A DNA stretch of 64,000 nucleotides, taken from assembly GCF_018977255.1 (NCBI RefSeq), contig NW_024704742.1, positions 16,928,001-16,992,000 of the forward strand. Direction: 5' to 3'. The position numbers and the translations under genes were made by a program. The notes beneath the pieces are model-generated. The model saw nothing but the letters and a program-made list of their open reading frames with translations. It made no database searches and was not told where the DNA came from. Source of the DNA: Callorhinchus milii (Eukaryota). Below, in pieces: positions 49,793 to 63,297 of this stretch; the stretch's first letter is position 1, and every line of letters starts with the position of its first letter.

Positions 49793-51645
49793 ACAACAAC
49801 AAGATTATATTTGTATAGCGCCTTTCACGTCGGGAGGACGTCCCAAGGCGCTGGACCGTGTACAGCATTTCAGACCTGAGCTGGGGTCATGGAGAGAGAA
49901 GGGAGGGGGGTGGCCGATGGCATGGTCGAAGAGGAAGGTTTTGAGGTGGGACATGAAAGAGGCTAAGGAGGGGACGAGGCGGAATGAGTAGGGAACGGAA
50001 TTCCAGAGGTTGAAGGCTCTCTCACCAATGGTAGGGTGGGTGGGTTGGGGGATGTGGAGCAGGCCAGAGCTGGCTGAGCAGAGGGAATGGGCGAGTTGGT
50101 AGGGGGTTAGGAGGTCACAGAGGTAGGGTGGGGCGAGGCCATGGAGGGCTTTGTAGGTGAGGACCAGGATCTTGAACTGGATCCTCTGAAGGATAGGGAG
50201 CCAATGGAGTTGGGCGAGAATGGGGGAGATGGGGTCACGGAGTTTGGTTCGGGAGAGGACACGGGCTGCAGAGTTCTGGATTATTTGCAGCCTGTCGAGG
50301 GAGGAGTTGGGAAGGCCGACAAGCAGGGCATTTGCATAGTCGAGCCTGGAGGTGATGAAGGCATGAACAAGAGTTTCAGCCGCCTGAGGGGTGAGGTAGT
50401 GGTGGAGTAGGGCAATGTTACAGAGGTGAGGGAAGGCAGAGTGGGTCATGGCTTGGCTGTGGGGAAGAAAAGACAGTTGAGGGTTGAACAAGACACCTAG
50501 GTTCCTGACTGGCTTGGTGAGTTGTAATATGCAACCGTGGAGGTTGATGTTGCCAGTGCCTGAGGTGCTGAGGCGCTGGCGCGAGCCAATCAGGAGGGCC
50601 TCAGTCTCGTCCACATGTAACTGTAGGAAGTTTGCCCTGATCCAGGACTTGATGTCCGACAGACAGTCTGTCAGGACAGCAGTGGTTCTGGAGTTGAGGG
50701 TGGGGCCAGAAAAATAGAGTTGGGTGTCATCCGCATACATGTGGAAATTGATCCCATGTCTGCGGATAATATCACCAAGGGGGAATGTGTAGATATTAAA
50801 GAGAAGAGGGCCAAGGACAGAGCCCTGGGGGACACCAGACATGACAGTGCAGGGGCTGGAGGAGAAACCGTTAGAGGCAACAAAGTGGAGACAGTGAGAG
50901 AGATAGGAATCGATCCAGGCAAGGGCAGGTCCCTGAAGATTAAGTAAAGAGGAGAGGCAGTGTATGAGAATGGAGTGGTCCCACAGTGTCGAAGGCGGCA
51001 GAGAGGTCGAGGAGGACAAGGAGGCAGAGGGAGCCCTGATCACAGATGTTCAGAATGTCATTTGACTTTGACCAGGGCTGTTTCCGTGCTGTGGGCAGCA
51101 CAGAAGCTGGATTGGAGGGGTTCAAAGAGGGAATGGCGAGAAAGAAAGGAGCGGAGCTGGGACACAACAACTCATTCCAGGACCTTGGAGAGGAATGGGA
51201 GGTTAGAGATGGGACGGTAGCTGGAGAGGAAGGATGGATCCAGGGAAGGTTTTTTTCAAGATGGGGGTGATGACAGCTGTTTTTAGGGGGGTGGGAACTG
51301 AACCAGTGAACTAGGAGAGGTTGATGACATCGGACAGGAGAGGGGCCAGAAGGTGGAGCTGGGAGATGAGGAGAGAGGTGGGGATGGGATCAAGGGAGCA
51401 GGTGGTGGGTTTGAGTTTGCGAATGATGGTGGTGAGGGAGGAGGGAGGGATAGGGTCGAAGGAGTATAGGGGGGATGGGTGGGGGGTGGGTCACGAGGGA
51501 AAGGTGACATGACGGTGGCGGTGGATGGGAAAGAGGTGGCTGAACGTGTCCCCTCGATTTTGGATTCGAGGAAGTCCAGCATCTCCTCACAGTTGGAGTT
51601 TGAGGAGAGGAAGGGTGAGGCATGGGAAGGTAGATGGAGGAGACA
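49793..51645 (-). mobile_element. 5'-truncated L2 LINE in a TLL1 intron
   Basis: ORF 49805-51043 with [18 protein letters not shown] and [15 protein letters not shown]; upstream [11 protein letters not shown] in another frame; same 3' stem-loop. Confidence 0.93.
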
Positions 51646-51879
51646 GTTATAATACACAAATAATACAGTAAACAGTGAGTCAATATGGCCTAAAGACCTT
51701 CCTTTTTGATCGTGCTTATGGTCACCTCCCCCCCACCTCCACTTGGCTCGTTGTCAAGGACAAGCGCTCCAGGACACTAGCCAGTGTGAAGGCCACTATA
51801 TAAATGCAAGTTGTTGTTGTTATTGCACTGTAGTTCTGTTGATTTTGTTACAGTGAAGAAAAACAGTGCATCAGATTTA

Positions 51880-52045
51880 AATAATAATAATAATAATAAT
51901 AATCCTTGCATTTGATATAGCGCTTTTCACGTCGGGAGGACGTCCCAAAGCGCTTCACAGAATATACTGTAAAGTGAATTGACTGTATATTTGTGGGCGA
52001 ACGCGGCAGCCAATTGCGCACAGCAATGTCCCACAAACAGTCGTA
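51880..52045 (-). mobile_element. Young 5'-truncated SINE; many further tail-only copies occur (e.g. ~4525, 6935, 18840, 35530, 40585, 42262, 45115, 58660, 59000)
   Basis: (aat)n-ccttgcatttgatatagcgcttttcacgtcgggaggacgtcccaaagcgcttcacagaatatactgtaaagtg. Confidence 0.9.
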
Positions 52046-53111
52046 GATAAATAAATAGAAATAAATAAATGTAAATAGAACAAGTATAGTCATTACTGGA
52101 TTATACATTGTCCTAACAGCATCCAGAGGATTATAGTTAAGTGATGTCCAGGGAGATTTCCAAAGTCTTCCAAAAGGGAACGATTAACACTTTATTTGCT
52201 CTTAAAACTTGAGATGAACTATACTGCACAACATTTTCCTTTTTATACTATTATTTCCACTCATAAAAGCACAGAAAGAAGCTTTACAATGGAACTAATG
52301 AAAAATTGCAGTGAGCATAGTGATAATCTCAGTGATGCCACATCATATGCACTACATATACAACCTTGAAATGTTCAAACCTATTGGCCAGCTGTAGCCT
52401 TTTTCTGTCGGATCTGGGCCTCAGTGCTGAATGCAGGCCAGCCCACAAATTCCTGTTGTAATTATCTTTTTTCACATGAAGTAGATCATTTCTGTGCCTA
52501 TGTGCACTGTGCACCACCTTCCACTTTTATATTATAATCGAATAATTCAGCATTTTATAATAAAAAATTTTTTTTTATCAATTGAATGTCTGACACAAAT
52601 TGAAAACCCTTAGCCAAGTTTAAGAAAATACAAACCAACTCTCATTCAGATAGTCTTAAGTTTAGTGAAGGGTTTCTACTTGTGTTAGACTCCTGGCTGA
52701 CTAAAACAGAAACAGACTGATCATTCTGTACATGTTCACCAGCTAGATTTGTAGATTCTCCTGTGTTTGGAATAGAATGTGCACTCTTTCCCCAGAAAGT
52801 ATTAAGTGCAGGTTCCCAAGAGCCAAGTATTGGGAACCGCAGAGTCCGATTTGGCGAATTGCTGGGTTTTCACCAACTAAAATGGTATAGTTTGCCTGTG
52901 CACTAAATAGCAACATTTGATCCTCCTGAACTGCAATGAAGTTTTGATCTTGCATTTACATTGCTGACACTAAACAGAATCTATATTCCTGGTCTAATGT
53001 ATGTAATAAATCTAGCTCTTAGAAAATATCTCCTTATGGTTTTTTACTTTTCACATCTAATTTATGATTCCAGTTTTCAATGTCTGAAATTTGCACTGAT
53101 GCATCGCAAGG

Positions 53112-53434
53112 TAATAATAATAAATAATAATCCTTGCATTTGATATAATGCTTTTCAGGTCTTCTAGACGTCTCAAAGCGCTTCACCGAATATACTGTAA
53201 AGTGAATTGACTGTATATTTGCGGGTGAAACGCGACAGCCAATTGTGCACAGCAATGTCCCACAAACAGTTGTGGATTGAAATGACCAATTTATTCTAGT
53301 TTTTTTTTCTTGAGGGATTATTATCAGGCGTGTGGAGTAAGGAAACTTGTCCAAGGTTTCACCCTGCCGGGAATCGAACCCAGGTCTCTCGCTTGTGAGG
53401 TGAATGCTCTAACCACTGAGCTACAGGACTCCAC
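53112..53434 (-). mobile_element. Full-length tRNA-derived SINE (short subfamily)
   Basis: Co-linear with 26408-26721; A box TAGCTCAGTGG, B box GTTCGATTCC. Confidence 0.9.
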
Positions 53435-53649
53435 AGTACTTTCTAAAAGACTAATTCATTCAACCAGAAACTTTTTTTCCTAGTCCACGTGATATTTGAC
53501 ACTTTAATAACTGTAAACAGATTTATTTTAACTCTATACCTGATACATATTTGGTAATCTGCTCACTGGATCATTTATTGAGAAATACATTCCAATGCAA
53601 ACCAAATCTGTCTTCAGACAAAAAATAGTGATGCATGATAGTCATGTCA

Positions 53650-54650
53650 ACTCTATGGAATGGAACCTATCTGTTTTGGGTGTAAAATGATGAGAAGGAA
53701 TGTAGAAAAATACAGGAAGATATGTTAGCTGAGCAGGCAGGATCGTGGCAAATAGATTTCAATACAGAAAAATGCAAAGTAGTGTATTTTGGAAAGAAGA
53801 GAAGGGAAGTATCTCCTCAATAGTAATATTATTAATGGAGTGGAGGAGACCGAGAAGTACGGATGCATAGTCTTTAAATGTAGGGATGAAACCAGTTAAA
53901 AACACAAATGGAATTCTTGTTTTTATTACAGGATATTGAATTCATGAGCAAGACAGTAATGTTAAATTTGCACGAGATAATAGTGCAAAAAGTAAGTCTA
54001 CCGTTGGATGTGAAATAACAGAAAAAAGAAGCAGGGGATACATTGGAGATTTAATAGGATGATACTCAGAATAGAAATTATAGTTGGGGCAAGTTACACT
54101 GCAACAAAGAAGGTTAAAGGGAGATTTAATAGTGGTTTCAAAATTGTGAATAGTTTTGATAGGAAAATTAGAGAAAGGTTATTTCCAATGACCAGTGATC
54201 AGTAATAAGAGATAATAAATTGAATGTTATTAATATACATTTTCTTCCCAGAGGATAGTTAGAATATTTAATGCATTATCACAAAGGGGAGTTTAATCCA
54301 CTTTAAAGAGAGTTGGAAAAATATTTGAAGAAAAATAACTTTAACAAAAGGGTGTGGGAAAAAAGCAGGGGAGTGGGATTATAGTATATAACTCCATTAG
54401 GAATAATAATAATCCTTGCATTTGATATAGTGCTTTTCACGTCTTCTCGACTTCTCAATGCGCTCCACAGAATAGACTGTAAAGTGAATTGACCGTATAT
54501 TTGTGGGCGAAAAGCAGCAGCCAATTGCGCACAGCTATTATATTATTATAATATATTATATTATTATTATAGAATAGGCAAGTTACTGCATCAGCACAGA
54601 AACGATGGGTCGAATAGCTTCCTCCTGTACTGTAAACATTCTCTAATCCT
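53650..54650 (+). mobile_element. Decayed CR1 LINE with a nested SINE tail (54403-54535, minus)
   Basis: tggcaaatagatttcaatacagaaaaatgcaaagtagtgtattttgga (WQ..FN..KC.V..FG), agaaggttaaagggagatttaat and 3' UTR gggtcgaatagcttcctcctgt. Confidence 0.8.
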
Positions 54651-56091
54651 AAATCTGATAATGATCTGGAAGCACGGTTATGTGTGTCATATTAATTAAT
54701 ATATGTAGCTAAAATGGAACCACTGCAAATTTTACTTATTTATGATGTTTCAGTCAAAGTAATCATACCCACGTATTAAATCACTGGTCCCAAATATTGT
54801 ATCACATAACTATGCTATATCACATAACACATATGGAAACCTTCTGTTTGACACAAAAACATGAAATTAGAAGGATCAATGTAAAATGGAGTAGGTTAAT
54901 AGCTTTAACCCTTGAATGTCCAAATATTTTACACGTTACAATGTTTCAAATGGGTCATAGGGAATCCGACCTAAAATCAACTCCACTCTGAAATAAGCCT
55001 TTACAGAGTTGAGTTGTCAGAATGTGGGCTAGGATTGCAGAAGCCAAATATAAACAGCAATGTAATATCCCAAAAAAGTCTCCCAAGAGACAACAAATTC
55101 TAAACTTTTTTTGCAGAAAAGTAAATCTGATAATTTTGTCACAAGTGTAATTACATCACAACAGGTGTCAACTCAGTATCTGCTGTTCTGCTTCATTCAG
55201 TTCCGAGCATGATTCAGAAAGTCAAAATCCAATTGACATGCAAACTGGTTTATTCAATCAGATCACTTGTCTAAAGAAAAGTTTGGATCAGTGCAAGTAA
55301 TTGGCTTCAATTACTTGGGGGTGAATCCTAACCCTTATTCTGAAAGCTACTCTGTATTGGAGTCTTCCAGAGTGGGCATTTCTGAATAATTATTTGGGTA
55401 GCACTAGGAGGAGATTTTGAAGTGAGGAGGTTTTATGAAAATGCAAGTTCATTTTGTTTATGGTACACTGTACATGTGTATGAAACTCCCTTGTAATACA
55501 CAGGAAAATATAATGGACCATTTTAGTAGTGCTATTAAAAGAAGTGAGCAATATTCTCCTGTGTAAAGTACAACTGCACTGAGACGCTGCTATTATCACA
55601 AAATGCCAGGCCACAGTAGAATTCTTCTGAAAACTGTCAACAAATAGAACTGTAGAAGCAGAGTATATACCTCATTTTGTAAAAATAGCTAATACTTTTT
55701 CAGCCAGGTGGGTGCTTGAACATACCACCACCACATCACCACGCTTAAGAGTATCCAAAAGAGATTGAGAGTTCCACATATATATGCCACCTACTCATGG
55801 AAATTTCCCAGTGTTTGGAATGGAGTGCACACCCTCTCCATGAGAAACTCGCACGGTTTACCCAATTCCGGTGAGAATTAGGCACAAGTTGCTGAAAGCC
55901 CAGGCTTGGGAATCCCAGAATGTGCGTTGAGATATTGCTGGAAGTTAAGCAGCTAAAACCACATATTCAGCCAATGTAAAGCATTGTTTGGCAAGATTAC
56001 TACCAGATATTAGTCAGTTAAAATGTATGCACCTAATATCATTGTTCAAGTGATGTTCAGAATCTTTCAACTTAACAGTTTATAACATCAC

Positions 56092-56288
56092 AGAAGTTGC
56101 TAGGAACATGCAGCAGGTTCGTTAATGTTTCAGGTCTATGACCGTTTGTCAGAACGTTCTGACAAAAGTCATAGACCTGAAATGTTAACTCATTTTCCTA
56201 TCTCCATAAATGCTGCCTGACCTGCTCTGTGTTCCCAGCGACTTTTGTTTTTATTTCAGATTTCCAGCATCTGCAGTATTTTGCTTTT
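56092..56288. mobile_element. Fold-back (palindromic) Penelope terminal-repeat mini-element
   Basis: Two inverted arms centred on tgtcagaacgttctgaca (~56147-56164); flanked by agtt(t/g)ataacatcac at 56077-56091 and 56289-56303. Confidence 0.85.
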
Positions 56289-56472
56289 AGTTGATAACAT
56301 CACGCTTGAATGTTTTGATCTCTTGGCTTGACACTCAATCTAATAAATATAGGGCACAAGCACATTTTAATATGCTGCTCAAAAAATGTTCTTCAGATAC
56401 ATTATACAGGGTCTATGAATGCTTGATAATGCATGTATTTTGGGGAGAAGGGGGTAAATAAAACACACACAC

Positions 56473-56653
56473 CTGAAAGAAAGTGGGCTTTGAATCCTTT
56501 TTTTGAAACAGTATTGTCTGATTTGAACTCGATCCTCATGTTGTTGTATCGGGATGTTATAACTTCAGGCACTTCCGTACCGCAAAACTTGCCATGAAGC
56601 TTGGAATCGGATGAAAGGCCACTCCGGATCTCCACATAATCGTACTTGCATAT
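56473..56653 (-). CDS. TLL1: TLL1 coding exon, CUB3 C-terminal half (181 nt)
   Basis: [60 protein letters not shown] within ORF 56402-56692; acceptor gtacCAG, donor G|GTgtgt; phase 0-1. Confidence 0.95.
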
Positions 56654-57309
56654 CTGGTACAAAGCATACATAACCTCAGTTACAAAAGGCATATATGCTA
56701 TACCGACAGTTGTGAATTAGCTTCGCAGCCTGGTTTTTATCCTCTCTACTTTTGAATGCATTCAGAATTGCTGGAAGTGTGCAGATAGAGAATGCATTAT
56801 GAAGACCAATGGAATGTGAATTATATCCTACTAGTGGGCTAACCTGATAACTCATAACCAACGAAGGTCAGTACCAAAGGAGAACATCAATCATATCAGA
56901 GGGTAAGCGAAAAAAAGGAGAGAAAATTGGCGCAATAAAGAGAAATGAATCAATTTTTGCTGATTTACAATCGCTGTCACCGTGTATTCACAGATACAAT
57001 TCCTCAGCCAGGTGTTTGGAATTATGTGATGTTGAGAAATTCAGCTTGTTATTATGAATCCTTTCTCACCAAGTAGTGGATGCTTCTTCCTGCAGTGAAT
57101 TTGTGACATATTTTAGACTTGCACAAATGCTCCTCATCTCCATGAGGAATATAAGGAATACTGTATTACCATTTAGGTGATTTTCCTAAAAGGTACACTA
57201 CATTTTTCCCAATTGAAATCCATTTACAATATTACAACTTATGTACAACTTATTTCAGAGATCAAATATATGCTCATCTCAAGATGTGCAATGATCCATA
57301 CAATTTATT

Positions 57310-57732
57310 AATAATACTTGTATTTTGTATAGCGCCTTTCACCTCGGGAAGACGTCTCAAAGTGCTTCACAGGATATACTGCAAAGTGGAGCAACTGTAT
57401 AGTTGTAGGCAAACACGGCAATCCAATTGCGCACAGCAAAGTCTCAAAGCAACCATAAAATGAATGATCAATTTTATTTGGGGGATTGTTGGCCAGGACA
57501 ATGGGAGAAACTCCCTTCTCTTTTTAAATAGTGCATTGGATCTTTAATGTCCACCTGAACAGGCAGATGAGATCTTGATCTCTGAAGGATGGGACCTCCG
57601 ATAATACAACTAACCCCCAGCATTATATTTGACTGTCAGGTTAGACTATGTGAGTTTAAGTCTTGAAGTAGGGCTTGTTTCCACAAACTTCTGTCTCATG
57701 AGCGACAGTGATATCACTGAGCTAGGCTGACG
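57310..57732 (-). mobile_element. Older DeuSINE-like element
   Basis: Reverse-complement homology to 35134-35905 (ttggccaggaca, ggatctttaatgtccacctgaacaggcag, cactgagcta) with an L2-type tail. Confidence 0.7.
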
Positions 57733-60368
57733 CATATTGAATACAAAATGCAAATGATTTAAAAACCTCACAGAATTTGTTTGCACTATGAACAAACTGC
57801 CAATGAATGAGACTAATATGAATGATAAATACTGTACTATATTGTCTAATATACTATAATATATAGTATACTAATAATAAGTTTGGAAGTCATCATTTAA
57901 AGACCTGAACAGCATAGGCTCAGCTTTCTGTTATTAATTAAATAACTGCAGATATGTTATTAGACCCAATAATACAGCTAGCCCCACACAATATAATCAC
58001 AGTTTTTACCAAACACCTTCCCACGCAGGGACCTTTTAGCCCCTCAGGCAATGTTTTTGTTATAATTTCCCAGAAGGCTCAAATGCTCACGTCAGCTTTA
58101 ATGGCTTATCGCCAACTCTTTCATGATCAAGCAACAAGCCCAGTGCAAGGGAGTAGCAACTATATTAAATGTTCAGTGTGGACACAACTATATTGGCAGA
58201 CTGGCCTTTCATTCCCTCACTTTACTGTTTGAATTGCAGTGCAGCAAATGTGGCATAATGACAGTACCTGAAAAAACAGGATTATGTGATTAATCAACAT
58301 CTGTTTTAAAACTCTCTGAGTCTGCATTCAAGAACTTTCTTACAAATTAGGTCTGACAGTCGAATGTTATTTTTGTTTGCAAAGGTCACTGGGGGTCATT
58401 CTGCTCCATGGGCTGAATAAAGTACATCATATCTCTCAATGTGCAAGGTATGCAGTCGCTCCACATAAACAACAGGTTCAGTATATATTTATTTCAATGA
58501 TGTGGTGACCCATAATTGTCCTTGGAAAGTAAAAAGGTTTGAAGATCATAATGTGCTGAAGGACTTGATGGCTGCTATTCTCTTTATAAACTGGCAAAAA
58601 AATTGATCATTCACTTCATGGTTGTCTGTATAATATTGCTGAACTGACTGTTGTGCTCACCAAAAATACATAATCACTACACTTTGCAGTATTTCCTGTG
58701 AAGTGCTTTAAGATATACTCCTGATGTTAAAGGTGCTATATCAAATCTAAGGATTATTATTTTAAAAGTCTGTGAATTTACAGACAAGAGAAAGCAGCCT
58801 CTGATCTGCCAACAAGCCAATTAAAACCAGATAGAATCTCCACTAGAAAGTCACAACAGACTAATAATTGTATCAGTACAGAACATGCATTTTCAGTTAT
58901 TTAATACAATCATGACCATGATATAATCCTGACAAAATCCTTCTCAAATCTTTAAGATACTGATGCATAATCTATAGTTCAAACTAAGTAAAAATTGGAA
59001 ATAATAATAAATAATAATATCCTTGCATTTGATATAGTGCCTTATCACGTCTTCAAATGCTTCACAGAATATACTGTAAAGTGAATTTACTGTATATTTT
59101 GTGGGCCAATCTACTGAATTAATTCACAGATTGTTAAAGGAAGCTACCTATTTATTTTGTTCTACAGTTCACCCCGTTAATAAGACAAATAAAAACATTT
59201 ACTATTTACGTTTAGGTTGGGTAAACTGGTTTTAGTGCACTGCTAACCTTAACAAAAGTCCTGCCAGTGTGCAATATGACATAATAGAATGGAAGGTTTG
59301 TAGTTGGATGCCGAGTCTGTGCTGATATCAGTATGGAATGAAGGAATAAATTCAATGAACAATTCAATCAATCAATCAATCAAAGTGATTAAGATGCCAC
59401 AATTGGCTTCAGTATCTTTGGACAGGTGTTTGGGGGTAGGTGGGTTGAGGAATCAGACAAAGGGATCCCATTTCTTGTTGCTTTCCAATGACCTTTCCAG
59501 GAAAATGTATATAAGGCTCTGAACTTGGACCTGATTGATGTCATAGAGCTGCAAACACTACTTAGGTCCAGGGTTAAACTTGGGGTCATTAGAGTGAAGT
59601 ACTGCAGGGCAGCTGTAAAATTATACTCCAGTGTGGTTTAGTTGTTTCAATAGATGGGGCAGGGGAAGGGCAATTGGAAGGATGAGAACCTGTATTAAAA
59701 ATGTACAGTAAAAACTGTTGTTTTTAACAGTGCAAAGGATTTCATCTGATCTATTAAAATTGTTCGAACAAAATTGCAAAAATTAAACAATGTTACATTA
59801 TTCTATGTATTACGCACACAATTAAAATGATCCAAGTTGGCAATTAACTGTTTGAATAAACCTCAGCAGGATTTGGACAGTAATATACTGTGGAGAATTT
59901 AATCATCTATGCATACAAATCTGTTGTTGTTGTGCATACTTGGGATCTCCTTTACAATCCAATTCCCTTGTGAAACTGCCCACATAATCTGCCTTCACTG
60001 CTTATCTATGATGTTTCGCATACACACACTGCAGTGAACCTTAGTGATGAAAATAACTGTCTGATACACTCATTAATGCAAAATGCAATTTGAAGACATT
60101 GTCCAATTGTGGATCTGTTCTGCCTCCCCCTCCAACACCGCATCACAGTGACTGGGTCTAAGGTATTACATAATATAATGCCAACCCAACAATCTGATGG
60201 CTAGCAGAGTACCAGCTTAATACTGATATTATTGTCTAAAGTTATTGACTGGCTTCAGTTTTCAATGATATGTTAATTAACACATGTGAAAGCTGCCACT
60301 TTCATTCCTCAGTGTTGTTCTAAATATAAAGCCAAATATGCTGTGCTACAAGGATTTGATTGAAATTA

Positions 60369-60584
<216 letters not shown>

Positions 60585-60774
60585 TCAAAGTGGAATTCAA
60601 AAGGATCTGTCCACATAAAGGAAATAGAGGTATAAAGGAGAGGGGAATAGGAGGGGCTGGAGGCTTGTGCGGAGTACAAACAACTGCACTGATGAGTTAG
60701 GCCAAATGGCCTGTTTCTGTGCATATCACTCTCTGTAACTTTATGTAACAATGATAACTCTCAAACAATATCAA

Positions 60775-62335
60775 TAACAACAACAAAATGACATTTGTAT
60801 AGCACCTTTCACGTCGGGAAGACGTCCCAAGATGCTGAACAGACAGAGTTACAGACCCGACCTGGGAGTCGGGGTGGGGGAGGGTGGAGGGCGGGGGGTG
60901 AAGTCGGAGGGCAGTGGGGGAAAGTCGGAGGACAGTGGGAGAAGCGGAGAGTTCGAAAGCACAGTCGAAGAAGAGGGACTTGAGATGAGTCTTGAAGGTG
61001 GAAAGGGAGGGGGCGAGGTGGAGCGACTGCGGGATGGCTTTCCAGAGGGTGGGGGCAGAGTGGTGGAAGGTCCGCCCACCATTACTGGAGAGAGCAAGAC
61101 GGGGGACGCCCGCTGAGTGGAGAGAGAGAACAGGGTGGTAGGGGGGAGCAAGAGCATGGAGGGCTTTGAAGGTGAGGACCAGGATCTTGAACTGTATCCT
61201 CTGTGTGATGGGAAGCCAGTGGTGTTGGACGAGGATGGGGGTGATAGGGTCATAGAGCCTGGTGTGGGAGAGAACACGGGCTGCAGAGCTCTGGATGATC
61301 TGCAGCTGTGGAGGGAGGAGTTGGGGAGGCCGACGAGCAGTGAGTTTGCATGATCGAGCCAACGTAATGAAGGCGTTTATGAGGGTTTCGGGGGCCTGAG
61401 GTGTGAGACAGTGGTGGAGCCGGCTGATGTTGCAGAGGTGGCGGAAGACAGGGCAGGTCATGGCGCAAGTAGAAAGGATAGTTGAGGATCAAACAAGACC
61501 CCAAGGTTCTGGACTGACTTAGTAAGGTGGAGTGTGCAACCACGGATGATGATGCTGTCAGCACCTGAGGTGAGGAGGTACTGATGGGAGCCAATCAAAA
61601 TAGCCTCGGTCTTGTGGATGTTCAGTTGAAGAAAGTTAGCTCTTATCCAGGACTTGATGTCTGTCAGACATTCTGCCAGGACAGCAGTGGTTCTCGAGTC
61701 AAGGGTGGAGGCAGAGAGGTACAATTGGGTGTCATCCGCAGACATGTGAAAATTAACCCCATGTCTGCGGATGATGTCACCAAGAGAGAGCATACTGATA
61801 TTGAAGAGGAGGGGACCAAGACCAGAGTTCTGAGGAACGCCGCACGAGGCGGTGAGGGGGCTAGAGGAGAAACCATTTGGGGAGTGAAGTGCAGGCGGTG
61901 TGAGAGTTATGACCTGAACCAGTCAAGGACAGTGCCGTGGAGTTGAGGTGAGAGGAGAGGCGATGGATGAGGACAGAGTGGTCGATGGTGTCGAAAGCAG
62001 CAGAGAGGTCAAGGAGGATAAGGAGGCAGAGGGAGTCCTGGTCACAGATGGACAGAATGTCATTCGCCACTTTGACCAGGGCTGGTTCTGTGCTGGGGCG
62101 GGGCACGGAAACCCGATTGGAGGGGTTCAAGAAGGGAGTGGCGGGATAGGAAGAGCGATGCTGAGAAGTAACAACTCATTCCAGGGCATTGGAGAGGAAG
62201 GGGAGGTTGGAGATGGGGCGGTAATTAGGGAGTAGAGAAGGTTCCAGGGAAGGTTTTTTAAGGATAGGAATGATAACAGCCTTTTTTAATGGGGTGGGAA
62301 CAGTACCAGAGGACAGGGAAATGTTTACTATGTCA
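60775..62335 (-). mobile_element. Decayed L2 LINE (subfamily B) in a TLL1 intron
   Basis: Fragmented ORFs with [33 protein letters not shown] and [14 protein letters not shown]; (TTG) tail at ~60775; short 21-bp tandem expansion in the 3' UTR near 60895-60950. Confidence 0.9.
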
Positions 62336-62364
62336 ATGAATAAGCATTTATTTAACCCGATTAT

Positions 62365-62803
62365 ACAACAACAACAAGATTCCATTTATTGAGCGCCTTT
62401 CACGTCGGGAGGACGTCCCAAGGCGCTGGAAAGTTGGGTCAGGACCCGAGCAAGGGGGAAATGGTCAGGGTGAGGGGAGGGAAGGGAGGGAGCGAGGAGG
62501 GGGTAGAAAGTCGAGAGGGGAGCTGAAGGCACGGTCAAAGAGAAAGGTCTTGAGACCGGCCTTGAAGGAGGAAAGAGAGGAGGCGGCGAAGGCACTGGGG
62601 GATAGAGTTCCAGAGCCTCGGGGCTGAGAGGCTGAAGGCCCGGCCGCCGATGGTAGGGCGGTTGGGGCGGGGGATGTGGAGCAGACCGGAGCCAGCGGAA
62701 CGGAGGGTACGGGCAGGTAAGTAGGGGGATAGTAGGTCGGAGAGGTAGGAGGGAGCAAGGCCGTGAATGGCCTTGTAGGTGAGGATGAGGATCTTGAATT
62801 CGA
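62365..62803 (-). mobile_element. Short young L2 3' fragment (subfamily A)
   Basis: Near-identical to the 3' 440 bp of the 37.7 kb and 9.0 kb copies. Confidence 0.92.
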
Positions 62804-62948
62804 CATGAACTAGCAAAAATTTGTGTTCTATAAAGAGGTTATGAAAAGATCACTATTGTTAGCCACCAGTTCATAATATGCTCAAAAGCCCCTTGATAAA
62901 TGGGCACTGTAATTTTTAACTTGAGCATTACTATTTAGTAGCCTTTAC

Positions 62949-63074
62949 CTTCACAGCTCTTCTTGTCTGCTGCAAGCTCGTAGCCTGGATCGCAAGTGCA
63001 TTTATAACTGCCCAAAGTGTTCAAACATCGTTGCTCGCAACCTCCGTTGTCAGGCCTGGCACATTCATCCTCCT
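62949..63074 (-). CDS. TLL1: TLL1 coding exon, calcium-binding EGF-like domain 1 (126 nt); upstream exons lie beyond the window
   Basis: Manual minus-strand translation (E)[41 protein letters not shown]; acceptor ctccctacAG, donor G|GTaaag; six Cys in EGF spacing; phase 1-1. Not in the ORF track. Confidence 0.95.
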
Positions 63075-63297
63075 CTGTAGGGAGAGTAAAGAAATGACAA
63101 CCTTTATCATAAACCTACCTCTGCATTTTTGTCTACGAAGAATGTTTCGTATGGGATTGACAACTTAACGCTGTTTTCGAAGGAAGTTGGTTAGACCATT
63201 ATTCACCTTGTAAATGATCCAATCAATACAAAAACAGTGTACATTTATATAACACCCTTTAAGTGGGGCAGCATGGTTGGATGTTTTGTTGGGAAAA

